Made by a program: the position numbers and the translations under genes
From: Moniliella sp. 'wahieum'
Taxonomy: Eukaryota
Reading direction: 5' to 3'
Assembly: GCA_003971905.1 (NCBI GenBank)
Contig: RSEE01000024.1
Coordinates: 620,001 to 684,000, forward strand
DNA: 64,000 nt
Notes under the pieces: generated by a model
Told to the model about the DNA's origin: nothing
The model's database searches: none
Seen by the model: only the letters and a program-made list of their open reading frames with translations
Shown here: positions 49,751 to 62,695 of the stretch, one piece after another
How the letters are laid out: each line of letters starts with the position of its first letter
Numbering within the stretch: position 1 is the first letter of the stretch

Positions 49751-50739
49751 TTACGCCAAGCTGGGTGCCAGCGTTGCGGGCGGGAACGCAGGTTCAAACG
49801 CGAGTTTGCGCATGGACACGGTGAATGCTGTGCCCAACGACGGCGAGGCGGTAGAAGCATCCTGGATTAGCAGCTCGTCCACCAGTTCCTTCTTGTTGGA
49901 TGGCGAAGGGAAATCCCAGTCGCCGACAACCGTCTGCTCACCCAAGAGGAGACCGAGGACGAGGAGATAGACCCCGTCATCAGCTGCGCCGGGCTCGCGG
50001 TCGAGACGAGGTGCGAAGGCGAAAGGGGTCCCGGGGAGAGAGTGGAGAGGTCCGTGGGAGCTACGCTAGTTGGCGCAGCAGCAACGACAGGAGGGAAAGG
50101 GAACCCGTTTGCCAATGCCGAGTACTGGTTCATCGTTGGGGCCGAAGGTGGAGTGACGAGCGTCGCGACAGACGACGACAGGGGGCCTTGCGGCGGGAGT
50201 TCACCCAGCGAGGGGGGGAAAGCACGCTGGGACGGGTGAGGCACCCCAACCGAAGGGGACTGGCTCTCCGGGCTGGAAGGAACAAGATGGGATTGAGCAA
50301 TGGCTTGGGCCTGCGAGGGTCATGCCCTGTGCTTGGTTCGCTTGGTTGGTCAAAACATCAATCACTCCCTCAGCCATCTGAAGGCGCTTCTCAAAATCCA
50401 TCACGGCCGAGTAGAGGTGCTGGTTCTGCTGCTTGAGCCAGTGGTTTTCCTGGACCAGCATGCGGTGCTCCACCTCAATGCGACTGAAAAGGCCTTCTTC
50501 TTGTCCCGGCTGGCCTGAGCGGAAGCACGGTTGCGCGCCTGCCGCGCCTCGAGGCGGGCAATGCGCTCAGCGCTCATAGGCTTGGCGCGCTTGTTGGACG
50601 GGGTCAGGTTGGCCTGGGATGGGTCGTCGCTTTCGAGCTCACGCTTGATAGGAGCACGGGGGCTCAAGGTGGCACTCGAAGCGGGCGAGACAGAGCGGGT
50701 GGAGGGGGAGAGCGCAGCGGGAGATGAGACGGAGGACAT
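49751..50739 (-). CDS. bZIP transcription factor, Hac1/Cib1-like; several frame shifts
   Basis: KRAKPMSAERIARLEARQARNRASAQASRDKKKAF followed by a leucine zipper (L.VEHRML.QENHWLKQQNQHL). Resembles Ustilago Cib1 as recalled; not verified by search. Confidence 0.8.
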
Positions 50740-51721
50740 TGTGATGAGGGGGAGGAGGCGTCGAAGAGAGATGTGGGTGAGGAGAGGGACAGAGACGATG
50801 CAAGTGGCACGGAGGGCTGGGGGAGAGCGACAGGAGGGGTGAAGAAGCAGGCGTAATTGAGACGGGCAAAGGGAGGGGGCGGTGAGGAGGAGGACAGGAA
50901 TGCGAATGCGAGGACTGCGGGGAGGGACGACGGTCAGAAGCTGCGCAGACACGACAGCGGGCAGAGGAAGGCAGGCGCGGGACATACGAGACGGGGGGGA
51001 GATGCGGACGGAGCGTAGGCCAGCTACACGGATCGGATGGGGCGAGAGGATGGAGGAGGGTGGGGAGAGATGGTGGTGGGGGCAAGGATGGGTGGGGGCA
51101 AGCGGCGGCAGATGAAAAAGGAAAGGCGTGGGTGGGCTTGCGTTCTGGGGGGGCTTCCTTGGGTGCTGGCTGGTTGACTCAGGGCCTGAGGCTGCCTCTG
51201 GCCAGTGCCTGCTGGTGCCTGTCCTGGGGCTGGGAGGACTCAGTCCGTGGGGCACCCACCTCCGCCGTGACCGGTGAGCTCTGAGGACACCGCCCCTCTG
51301 CAGGCACAGCCATTCTCGGCAGCGTGCCAGGCTGCTTAGGGCTGGTGGGGCTGGCGGGCACGGGGGCAGTGCGCCGGGTGGGTCCAATTGAAGGGGGCCC
51401 ACTGAGCGCAAAGGGATGATGGGTGAGGCATGGGTACTGATGCATGATTCAGCATGGCTGGTATCCGATCGGAAGAAGCCGATGTTTCCGCTGCCCACCG
51501 CAGCTGCCTGCCTCAGCCTGCGACAGCACGGGGGCCCTGTGTGGGGCAAGTCCCCACCCGGAGGTTTGGTATGTACGCGACAAGGTGGGGAGGGCGGGAG
51601 GGCTGTGTGCAGATGCCCCGCCCCCCTGGGGGGCCGCCTGTTGCCGCATGCTGCAAGCGAAGCGTGATGCATGAGGCGAGATGTGAGATCGGAGAGAGCG
51701 GCCGCGCTTCATCTGGTCGGG

Positions 51722-52442
51722 TGAGATCTGAGATCTGAGATTGGATCCATATGGAGTTCTGAAAGGCAGGCCGATAGCCGATACGCGTCGCTGGTGGGTG
51801 GGCTGGGGAGGCCAATTCGGCCGCCTGGAATGGTGGCCGGTGGGGGCCGTAACCATCGATTCACCGACCATTCAATATTCAGCGCTCAACGGTATGTGAT
51901 CAATGATCTGTGATCCGTGTGATCGATTGGTGCGGCTGCGCAGCGCTTACCTAACCACAGCGAGCGTTCAAGGGTTCAGTTCATACGTTCAGCATGCATC
52001 ATGCGTCCGGCATCAATGGTGAGACCGGTGAGGCACTGGAGAACTGCTTGACTGCTCCTCATCGATGGCTGACACATGCCGCATCCCGCCTGGGTGCTCT
52101 GGAGGTAAGGTAACCGGTAACCAATAACCGGATAACCATAACCGGTAACTGGTAAGTACTAACCGAGGGCTCAAATACACCATTGCCAGTTTAGCGCTTA
52201 GCCACCCATCAATGATCGATGATCGATGGGTTCTGAGACGGTGCTCAGTGCCCCCGTTCTGGAAAGGCTGCAGAGCCAACACATCGTACCCATCCCATAG
52301 CCTGCATAGCCACGGTGCACAATTTGAACCTTTGCGGGTCTGTCGGAAACGCGCAGAAGACCAGGTGGAATGACTTCTCTCTTCGAGGCACTGGTCTAGC
52401 GACTCGCTAGTTACTAGTGACTAATCAAGCTAATCAAGCTGA
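51722..52442. repeat. Heptamer cluster upstream of the bZIP gene
   Basis: (TGA-GATC)x2 51722, TCA-ATAT-TCA-GCGC-TCA 51872, TAA-CCGG/CTGG/GTAC array 52111-52162, TTA-GCGC-TTA 52191, TGA-TCGA-TGA 52213. Confidence 0.92.
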
Positions 52443-52841
52443 AAAGGCCGAGGGGACTGTTCCCCGGAGGCCCGCTTTTCTCCGAAAGCAATTGCCTGTT
52501 GTGGCAATTGCATGCTTCCCTCCCTTCTGTGGCGCCACAGGCAAGCCACACCCTGGCACTTCCATTACCACCTGTCTGGAGACCTTTCCGAGCAAGCGTG
52601 GGTAACCGGTTGGGTAATCGGCAACCGGGAATCGATAACAGACAACCAATTAATAGGGTTTCTGACCGGTTGGTCCTGGATTATTTGCTCAAAACAAAAG
52701 ATCCCCGAGGGCTGTCTACGTCTCAACAACGTCCCCTACACCGTGCCAACATACCAACACCCTCCCCATTCTGTACCTCACCACCTCAGCCAAGTCCCGA
52801 GGCCGAGAAAGTGACGGTCACTCCGGTCACTCTGGTCACAT

Positions 52842-53455
52842 ATTGACAGAGCTTAAGGAGTTGGAACAAAGAAACGCTGCGTCTACGGCCTAAACCGACC
52901 CGTTCATCGGGCTAGTGTTGCCTGTTAGCGCTTGGCGCCAACCCAGTTTAGGAAACCAGGGGAATCACCAGGAGATCAGGGCCCTCTGGTGCCCACGATC
53001 CGTTCCCATTCCCGAGGTAGCGCTTGCGGACACGGATGAAAGTGGTAGACACCCAATAAAACGGTGTGGACGATGTGCACATGTTAAAGCCACCCAGAAA
53101 TTTGGGTGATAAATCAATTTCAACCCTACCACCTCGGCCATGGACAGTTCCCCCACGCTTAACCAAGACCTTTATTGCGCCGCGTTCCGCAGGAATGATC
53201 TAATCCGTGTTACGCCACACTGCATATGATTTGACGACGGAACGATGGACATTGTGGACGAGCGGGGAAAGCGGCCTACGGAACGGTGGCCGAGGGGGGG
53301 GGTTGGCCATTAACAGTTACCACCAACACGGCGGAAGGGGGGCCCCCGACCTTCAATGCAGACGCACACAGTAACAGCATCGATAAGGTACTCAGAACTC
53401 AGATCTCAGACCAGGCCGTAGGCCGTACGCCATAGGCCCCGCGGTCCTTCCTCTT
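52842..53455. repeat. Diverged dispersed repeat A, second copy
   Basis: Aligns with 34321-35040. Confidence 0.85.
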
Positions 53456-53997
53456 CCGCCATCCATCGACCACCAGGCATCATGCATCATACATCATGCA
53501 TTCTCACCCAATCCAAAAACAAGGGGGAGAGAACGTCTGAACCTGAACTCTGAACGTTCAAGTTGAACGTTGAACGTTGAACATACATTGAAACTCGAAA
53601 CCATCGGGCCTCAGGCTCACTCTCTTTAAACCACTAGTCACTAGTCACTAGTCACTAGTCACTGACTACCAAAAAGTGACTGAGAACTAACCTTCTGACA
53701 TCTGACCTCTGACCGATCTGAATATCTGAGCCTTGGGAGCCAGACTGAGCCCCTGCCCGAGCTGGACGAGCCCCCGAGCTCCCGTCTCCCGCGCTCTCGC
53801 GCGCACACCACCGACAGACGGCACGTTTAGTAACTAGTAACTCACCGAAACGCCTGCGACAAATGAAGAAGCAACCTATAGCACTCTCTGTCAACCAGTT
53901 TTACGGCAAGTATTTTTAGGGACACTGTAATAGGCGGTGTGACCTTGGTGACCGGCCAGCCACCCTTAGCACTAAGCTTAGCGCTTAGCGCTTAGCG
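53390..53997. repeat. Heptamer cluster (TCA-GATC, TCA-TGCA, TGA-ACGT, TCA-CTAG x3, TAA-CTAG, TTA-GCGC x2)
   Basis: Units at 53399, 53480, 53564, 53638, 53831, 53978. Confidence 0.92.
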
Positions 53998-54061
53998 TGC
54001 ATGTGATGGCGATGAGCGCGCGAGAGCGTATGAGTCACGGACAAAGGGCAAACATTCCCAA

Positions 54062-54238
54062 GACCAGATGTTATAGACCACAGAGAGCAGGCAGTTGGTA
54101 GTATATTGCATCGCACATGAGCTACAGAGGCCAGAGAACATCCTGCCCGCCAGGATAGAATATTGCACGGAATGATCTCGATGGTTCCGGACTTGGGCTA
54201 CCGGCACCACTACACCAGCAGAGTGTGGCGTCACACCA
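54062..54238. repeat. Diverged dispersed repeat B, second copy (inverted)
   Basis: Reverse complement aligns with 36762-36933. Confidence 0.9.
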
Positions 54239-56368
54239 GATGGGGAAACGCAGGAAGACGCAGGAAAGGAAACGCAGGAAAGGAAACGCACACAACAGCA
54301 CAGCAGCTTGCAGCAGCTTTTTACCGGGGACCGCGACTGATGCACTGATGCCTTGCAGCTTGAAGAAGCTTGAAGCAAAGGAAGACTGAGGAAGGCGATG
54401 TGATGATGTGATGAGAAACGCATCTGTACTCCGTCCATTCAATGTACTCAGGTCCCCGGTACTCAGGTACTCTCAGGGCACTCACAGGCGACCGGGGCAC
54501 ACCTGGCACACCTTGATTTGGCTCAAGCTCTCTCGAAGGGGAGGCAGGTCTGAAACCTTCCCGGTTTCCCACCTGAACCACACGAAAAGTACTAGCATGG
54601 GCTGCCATGTCCTACTCGTAACTCGCGTTACCCATTGCTACTTACCATAATAGTTACTGTGGATTGTACGTTTGGGTTAGGTCCTGGCGTTCAATCTGAG
54701 ATGAAATCTAAGAGGGGGCGCCAATGGATACGCCAAAAACCTCCATTGACCGTGGCTATTGGCCCCAAGAGCATCTACCTATTAACATGGTGTAAACCTC
54801 ACTGAAACACATCAGAGGTCTCGTTTCCCCTCTCGGCAGGCGAGGAAGGAAGTGCACTTCAAGCTTCACCCACTTCATGTCGGATGGAAAGTCAGCGATC
54901 CCCAGCTTGGAAGTTGGGACCCCTCAGAAGCTCTTGCAACCGGAGGCGGCAACAGGGGTTGTACTGGCAGGTTGCTATTCCCTTCGGTGCGTCCCCGGGT
55001 AACTCTTCTCTCTCCGTGGAGGCGGAGCCTGGGGTACTATGCGAGTGCTTGTAATGATGCCGCCGCTGGTGCGGTGGGAGGTGGATGGCCCAACAAGAGG
55101 ACGTGTGGGTGTAAAATGGATCGCTGCTGCCTGGGCGGGGGCTGTGTTGATCTCCAGCTTGATGGGACAGTGGGGATGCAGCCGCGGAGGCTGTGGGAGT
55201 GGCGCTGGAGAATCAATGGCTGTTGGCGCCGGAGAATCCAAAGTCGCTTCCCGGGCTACTAGGTAGAGGGCAACACGGGCCATCGAGTTGACACACTGTG
55301 CACAACTGGATGTCCTCCACATTTTCCCATCGAAGCGGATGGGCATAGAGGCAAGTGTGTTCACGGCCTCCAGGAGGCAAGGTGGTGTGCAGCCAAAATG
55401 CGCTACATTTCCCCCATAGACTCGCCGTTCGTTCGTGCTTGGACGCTGCGGTTGATGGTCAACTTGGTGTTCCGAGGCGAATCTCTTTGCCCTTGCAAGT
55501 TGATCATCAACGGCGAGCCCAGGAGAGTTGCGGACCAAGTAGGCGTTTTCTGGAAGGGACGGCGGACTAAGGCGGAAACAAGGACATAGATAGACCGTTG
55601 CTGTCTACATGGCGACAGGCTGGGGCGAGAACCCCCAGACATGGTACTATGCATGCAGGCCGATGCAGAGCACTACCTATATCGTCCCCCAGTGTGGTTC
55701 TCTTGGTTTTCGCTAATAGATCGACCACACGATCTGCCCACAGCGCCACAGAGGGGATGGAGACGTGCAAAGTACTTACAAAAATAGACATGGATGCGCG
55801 TTTTGTATGCTGTGTTGTGCCGCACCTGGCCTGCTTTGGCTTCTGCGCCGGGGCAGTAGACGATGGGAGGGCGATCAGGCGGTTCGCTCCTACATTTTGT
55901 CGATCGCTGCGCGGGCGGCCAAGTGCCATCAATCAACTCGAAAGCGTTCAATATGTGTTCCGACACTGCGAGCTGCGCAAAAGAAGAGAGTCACCGCTCA
56001 GGTCACCGGTGGGTCCCGGCCGGCCCACCGACGCTCGCTTGTATTCATATCCTGCCCACCCATGTCCTCGGCGGCCATCGTCGCTGCCGCCCCGCACAGC
56101 TGCGGGCACAGACGGGCCCCGTGCATCCGGGGAGGGGGCAGAGCTCAAAGGCACCCCCTGCAGCCAGCAGGGCCGCTGAGGCGTGCGCACGCAGGCTGCT
56201 GGGGTGCGGGGAGACGGGTGTGGCCGCCACGTACAGAAAAGAGAGCGCCCTCTGGTGGCCCTTTTAAGCCCCTCCCCCACCGGTCCGTCTCTGGCCACCC
56301 GCGCCCCTTCCTCCTCCTTGGCCTCCCCACCCACCGCCACCTACCTCTTTTTTCTTCACTGACACAGC

Positions 56369-57998
56369 ATGGTCCTCACCCGCTCCTTTCTGGTCACTCT
56401 GGGTGCCGTACTGGCCACTGCCGGCTGTGCCCACGCCTTCCGTCCCTTGGCCTTGTCCAATCGGGCATCCATCCAACAGGGTGCATCAGTCTTCGAGCCT
56501 CGCTCCTCGGCTGCGACGGTGAATGCCACTCCGCATCTCACCTACCACACCTGGAAGCAGTACGACACGGCCCAGTACCCCTGGCACACCAACTTGACCA
56601 TGCTCTGGGAAACCCAGTGGCAGACTTACGTACGTATACTAGTGCTAAAATATGTGGTCGTATAGCGCGTATATAACTAACCTCTGATGCCTCTTCGACA
56701 TATAGTCGCAACATGGTGTCTACCCGTTCGACTCTTGGGCTAACGGATCCGACTTTAGCACCATTTTCTCCAAGCTCCTAGCCAATAACGGGTCTGTCTC
56801 GGCCAATGGGTTTGACCAGGACACGTGGGCCCAGCCGTTCCTGGACCAGGGCAATCAGGTCCTTTCCCTTGCTCAGAGCTATGTCCAAGCAGGAAACCTC
56901 ACTGCTGCTTACGCCACATACTTGTACGTCCCATCTATATAGTTCACTCTCTGCTGTTTGAACTATTGCCACACTTTTCTAATATCCCCCCCATGTGCTG
57001 ACCGATTCGCTATAGCCGTGCTGCCACCGTCTTCCGCATTGGCTATTTCCCCTGGGTAGGGCCCAACTCCGAATCGAGCAAGAAGAAACAAGCGTTTCAG
57101 CTGGAAAAGGAAGCGTACGAGTTGGGGGTCAAGTACTACACTCCGACCATTACCTTTGCGAAGGTGGACATTCCCTTCCCTACTGCGCCCGAAGGTGCGT
57201 TCAACACGACAATCCAGGGATACCTACACTCCAACCGTGATTGGACAGCTTCCACCCAAGTCCGGCGCACGGCTCCTGTCCCCCCCGGCCAAGCAAAAGT
57301 TTGTTCTCCTCGTGGGCGGATTGGACCACTACCGTCCCGGGCAATGGGATAATGTACAAGATCTGCTTGGGGCCAACTTTACCACCCTTGTGGTTGACAT
57401 GGGGACCGGGGATGCGGCCATTTCGGGACGCAACACGACGTGGGATGCAGAGGTGTGGAAGACGGTGCTAGACTGGGTCGAGGCCAATGCCGACACGTAT
57501 GCGATTGACACCAACTTCCTGTATGGATGGGGCACCTCGACAGGGTCCTACTATGCGATCAAGCTCTCCCGCTCGGAGCATGCTCGGCTTCAAGGTGTGC
57601 TGAGTCAAGGCCAAGCCGCCCACTTTGCCTTTGAACCCGACTGGCTTGCCAGTGCCGACTATCTGGCCTACCCCACGGACCTGTGGGGACCGTTGGCCAG
57701 CGCATTTGGATACAGCTACGAGACCAAGGAGGACTTTGCTAAAGTGTCGCTCAACTACTCGCTTCTCCATCTCGGGGTACTGGACAACGCTTCCTGCCTC
57801 ACCACAGTGATCAATGGGTTGGATGATGGCGTGTTTCCTATTGACGATGCTTTGCTTACCACCACTCATGCCGCTGGGTCCTATTCCCGCCTCTTCCCGG
57901 GGCAGGGACACATGGGCGAGCCAGCTTCTTCGTCCTGGGTTACTGAGTTTTGGAAAGATGTGCAGACCAACGGCTTCATCTTCCCTGTCCACGTTTGA
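56369..57998 (+). CDS. Secreted Ayg1/FrsA-like alpha/beta hydrolase; introns 56630-56705 and 56924-57015; frameshift near 57280
   Basis: Signal peptide; LWETQW..GVYPF, YFRAATVFRIGYFP, GGLDHYR, VDMGTGD, nucleophile WGTSTGSYYA, NGLDDGVFPIDD, GHMGEP. Confidence 0.85.
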
Positions 57999-59044
57999 GT
58001 GGCTCGCTTTTCTTTTTGGACTACCCGATGAAAGGGCTGGGAAACGTTCAAAGCAGATGTGGGTTGGTTGGCTCTCTGCTCTCTCAAGACTGTTTTCATC
58101 ACTTTATGGTTCTCTTTTATGGCGTCTGACGCACCCACTTCTTTCCTATATTCGACTCCCGCTGTCTGTTGGTGATCACATATAGGCACCCGACGCCGAG
58201 GTCACGCGGTCACACTTGTAATATCCACCTGCCTCTCTTTCCGATGCGTTCCTGTGGCCTCGTTTCAAATGCCTGCATAAAGCGCAGGCAGCCAACCAGT
58301 TATATGGACTTGCGTGTGTGTGTTTGTGGATACAGAATAATGCTGAATCAGCACACCTGCATGAAGGAAGCTCCTCGGTAGAGCTAGGTATATGATGGCG
58401 TGGGGACTGCGCGTGCGCTTTCCTCTGTGTGTGTCGGTGAGCAACAAGGACGAAACGAAAAGAGACATGTGAGCTGAGGCGAGAGCCAGCGAAGCTTTGA
58501 CGGTTGACACGTCGTGTCCCCATGGACGCTGCCCTCTCCACTACACCCGCACACGGACCCGCGCAACTGCGCCGCCATCCTCAGTGCACGCGTAGTACCG
58601 GGTCCAAGAGTGCTGACTCCTGATGAAGCTGGGGACGAAGCTGTGAACGTGTGCTGTGTGGGTACCATATGATAACGCTATGGGTATGGCATGTGCAAAG
58701 GGTGCGGGGGCTGGTGCGAAAGATCAAGTGACGAGTCCCAAGGAGAATGGGCATCGAACCCGTGCGGGCAGGACGGGCACGCCACGCGCACCAGGACCAG
58801 AACAGAACAGGGAAAGTGTACCGTGTGCGTTGCGAAACCAATCCCCCGAGGAGGTGGCAACATAAGGAATCGGGGAACAAAACCAAGAGTCCGGATCAGT
58901 CAGAGTTCAGGCTTGCCTCGTGAGCCATACTAGAAGGGTTGGGGAAGGGGAAGATAAAGAAAGTGGCGGTGGGGGGATAGAGGGTCCGATGAGGAGATGG
59001 TCCGATGAGAGATGAGGAGATGGGAAGATGGGGAGCGTGAGAGG

Positions 59045-60900
59045 CTAGGTAGCGGTAGGGCTGCTGACAAGGGAATGTGTATGCGTATACGAATGCGGAT
59101 GCGAATGCGAATGCGAATGCGAATGCGGATGGGGATGGGGATGTGAATGTGAATGTGAATGCGACAGAGACAAGTCCATACCTCGCCGTTCCGCCACCGA
59201 TGGCGAGGGGGCAAGGTCGACCTTTGGCGCGGTCACGGGGAGCGGCAGAGGCCGGACACGTGCCACCCGCTGCTCTGGGAGAGAAGGAGGGTGGTGCTGC
59301 ACCTTGGCCAAGGCCGTTCCGCAGACCGACATGCGAGCGATGGCCTGGGTCAGTTCTTCAGTGGTGGTGGACGTGGACGTGGACGTCGTACGCCGGGAGA
59401 GCTCGGTGGGAGAGGCGTCCATCTCGGACCGTGGTTCTGGAGGATCCGTGACGTCCGACTCGGAGGACACTTCGGTAGCCAGCTGCGAACGGGCTGGACG
59501 GACCGGGTGCGAAAACGAAGACGAAAGCGAAAGCGAAAGCCTCCGATCCCGCTCGGCCGGCCCAGGCGTAGCAGGCGCCACGGGCGGGAAACCGTATCCT
59601 TTTCTCTCCACCATCGGACTCACCGCAGGCGAGTTGGTCGACGCACGCCGTTGCCCAAACGCGTACTTGATTTTCCGCGCCTCTCCATCTTCCTCCCCAT
59701 CTGATACCGCTGCCTCGTCCCCATGCACCGTCGGGCCGGACCGCAAGGCATGTTCCTGGCTGGGATCCAAGGGAGAGGGGACAAGGGGGAACGGATAGCC
59801 CTCCAACGAATGAGAAGGGGGGAGGGCATGGTCTGATGCTGGTGCGGGTGCGGGTGCGGGTGCGGGTGCTGAGGGTTCCGCAGGTGGCGCGGACGCTTCT
59901 TTAGGCGGTGGCCGTGCGGATGAGATTCCAGGGCGCGGGCGGGTGGGCAGGCGCAACGTGAGGGAGAGGCGCCAATGATCCCATCTGCCGGCCCCACTGC
60001 GGTGTTGGCGGGGCAGGCCAGTGGGGCGTAGCAGGATCAATGGGGGTAGGAATGCCCATGTGAAAGGGCATCGCGGCCGAACGACCGTGACGCGCGGCAG
60101 GAGGGAGAGGGAAGTGGAGAGGGAAGTGCACGGGCGCGCCGGGGGCGTGGTTGAGGTAGGGATGGAAGGGCCGTGCGCCCGGACTCAGCGGTGTGCCCGG
60201 ACCAAGGCGCGTGAGCAATGGGCTGCCGGTGCTGCCCGGCGAGAAGAGGTGAGGGGGTAAATGGGCATGGGGGGTAGCTTGCGTCGGCTCCATTGGCCAC
60301 GCCATCCCAGGCGTCATGGGCATCGTCATCCGTCCCATCGGTTGGCCGTACGCCGCCAGGTCCCCAAACGAGGCTGGGGGGAGGGCAATCCGGCCTGGCC
60401 GCCCATTGGGGCGGGCGGGGGGGACGTTGCCATTGGCGCTAGGTGGTGGCGAATAGGAGGCTGCGGACGACGTTGCGCCGGTGCCGGGGGCGGGTAAGGC
60501 CACTTCGTCGCTGTCTCCACGCGGCAATTGGGTTGGCGCGTCGGTCTGCGCTGCACCCGACACGCCGGATGCGCCAGAGGAATGTGACAGCGCCGACGCG
60601 GCTGACACAGTCGACAGGGAGCGTTGGTTATGCATAGGTGGGGCTGAGGGACCAAGGGCCGCTACGGCTGGGGCTACCATGATGGCCGGGGAAGCATGTG
60701 CCGAGCCGGTGGAGGATGTCCCATGTGCACTCCCAGGGCGCATGTGCAGCGAGGTGGAGGAAGCCATGGATGGGTTGGAAGACCAACAAGACCGCAAAAG
60801 AGGCGCTTCCAACCATTCGGACCGACCTGATGGAGATTGGTACTCTCTTGTGTGCTGCCCTGGGTACAAGAATGCAGCAGAATCAGTGAGCTGCTGTCGT

Positions 60901-60935
<35 letters not shown>

Positions 60936-62500
60936 TTGTTGTTGCAGAAGGGCATTGCGCTGCAGGGCTTGCTGGACGTATGGGGAGGGCTGTTGTGGGC
61001 GCATGAGCACATATGGAGATGTTGTCACTGGCGCACCATCTGCCAACGCTGTCCCGCCAGCCATACCAGAGGACCCGAGGCCTGGCAACGGCAGACCAGG
61101 GATGCCCCCGGACAAATTGAAGTTGGCGCCAACAAGACCCGGGAGGTTCAAAGCCGAAGCAGCCGCTGCCGCTGTGGGGGCGGCAACTGCACCTTGCGTC
61201 CGACTTGCACTGAACGCACCGGTGTACTGGGCGGGGGCAACGGGGATCGAGCCAGGATCAGGGGTGGCATTGACGGCAAACCGGTCAAAGTGGACCTTGA
61301 GGGTCCGACCATTGAACTCGTAGCTGCAAAAGAGAGGGTCAGTAACCTTTCCGAGCAAGCAGGTTTAATTCGGGGCCGTAGAGAAGAGACATACCCATGA
61401 TACAAACGGACAGCGTGTTGGGCATCTGGGGTAGCAAAAAGAACCGTGCCAAACCCCTTGGATCGGCCGTCGGGACCGACGGCGACGTCGGCGCGTTGGA
61501 CAAGGCCAGCAGCACGAAACAGGTCCTTGAGATCTTGCCATTGCGTGTTAAAAGGGATGTTGCCGACAAAAAGCGTGCGGCCATAGTAGGGTGTCGGCGC
61601 TGCCGTCGCAAGCGAAGCACCGTTGCACAGGGCCATGCTCGTTGTCGACGGAAGACTCGGATCCCCTGGAGGCAATCCGAGGCACCTTTCCCACCCTTCC
61701 CACTGTTCCGCTTCCAACGGCAGTCGCATGGCAGCGTCACAGCTTGCGGAGGAGCCTGAGATAGGATCGGAGTTGAGCAACTGGCCGGACGGTCGATGCT
61801 GACATCAAGCACACGACCTTGCCAGCTGAAGCCGTGGAACATCTCCATCGCATGCGTCGCATCATGATGCGTCGCCAGAGCAGGACACCGAACCATACCC
61901 CTTGGAGCGGTTGTCGGGCGTCAGGGCGACGTCAGCGCGGAGAACGGTGCCGGATCGGCGGAAGAGATCCTTGAGGTCTTGCCACCGCACGCGGTACGGT
62001 AAGTTGCGAACATACAGCTGGGTGCGTGGGTCGAAGCTGCTCAGCGGACCCGACTGCACTCGGCTTCCCTGATGGATGGAAGAGGTGGCAGAGGGGAGGG
62101 GAAGGAATGCGATTGTGGTTGAGACTGGGGTTGGAATGGGTCGGGGTGTCGGGGTGGGGTGGAAAAGGAGGTATAGCCAGGGATTGCCCCATTCACACTA
62201 GGGCTTCCACGTAGGTTCAAGCTTATAGTTGAACTGGGGTTAGGACTGGGATGGCGGGGTGGGGCCGCCAGTTGGCCCATAGGCCGGGCCCAACGACGGA
62301 TAGGAACTTGTGGAGCGTGTCGAGGCGAAGGCGGATGAGGAGGTGGAGCGGGCGCGTTCCATCAGCAGCAGCTGTGGCGAGCAGCACAGCAGCAGCGGCG
62401 GTCGCAGCAGCGGCAGCGGCAGCAGATGGGCCTTCGATTGCATCTTCGAGGCTGGGGTCAGCGGGACACCCGTGCGGGCGGGTTTGTCGTCGGGCAGCAT
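59045..62500 (-). CDS. Two-RRM RNA-binding protein (Gbp2/Hrb1-type RRMs) with a long low-complexity tail; intron 61324-61394; several frameshifts; start uncertain
   Basis: TQLYVRNLPYRVRWQDLKDLFRRSGTVLRADV..RSKGYG and RTLFVGNIPFNTQWQDLKDLFRAAGLVQRADV..GRSKGFGTVLF..G|YEFNGRTLKVHFDRF. Confidence 0.85.
59077..59162. repeat. Coding hexanucleotide repeat (GCGAAT/GGGGAT/GTGAAT) encoding (SH/PH)n
   Basis: Read directly from the sequence. Confidence 0.9.
60890..60944. repeat. CAG/CAA trinucleotide repeat encoding poly-Gln in the RRM protein
   Basis: Read directly from the sequence. Confidence 0.9.
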
Positions 62501-62695
62501 GGCCAGGGAGGGTGGAGCGTGGGGGCGAAGACACTAAAGGGACGAGCCGGGCAGCGGAGAGAAGGGCAGGGCAAAAAGACCAGACAAGAGACAAGGCGCA
62601 TCCCACGGCACGGGAGGAGCAGAGGGCAGAGACCGAGGGGGAGCAGCAGAGGCTGGACGGGCCAGACGTAGAGTGAGAGGGGAGCGGCGGGGAGT

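Noticed and set aside
50740..51672. Long N-terminal extension of the bZIP ORF
   Set aside because: The C/T-rich low-complexity sequence is typical of 5' UTR. The ATG at 50739 has good context and precedes the conserved part.
53632..53665. Telomeric or interstitial telomere repeats
   Set aside because: Units vary between sites, are built on palindromes and do not resemble TTAGGG-type G-rich repeats.
54850..56000. Possible gene from overlapping 120-190 aa ORFs
   Set aside because: No recognisable domain and no consistent frame on either strand.
60481..61323. Poly-Cys protein on the plus strand
   Set aside because: Antisense translation of the CAG/CAA poly-Gln tract.
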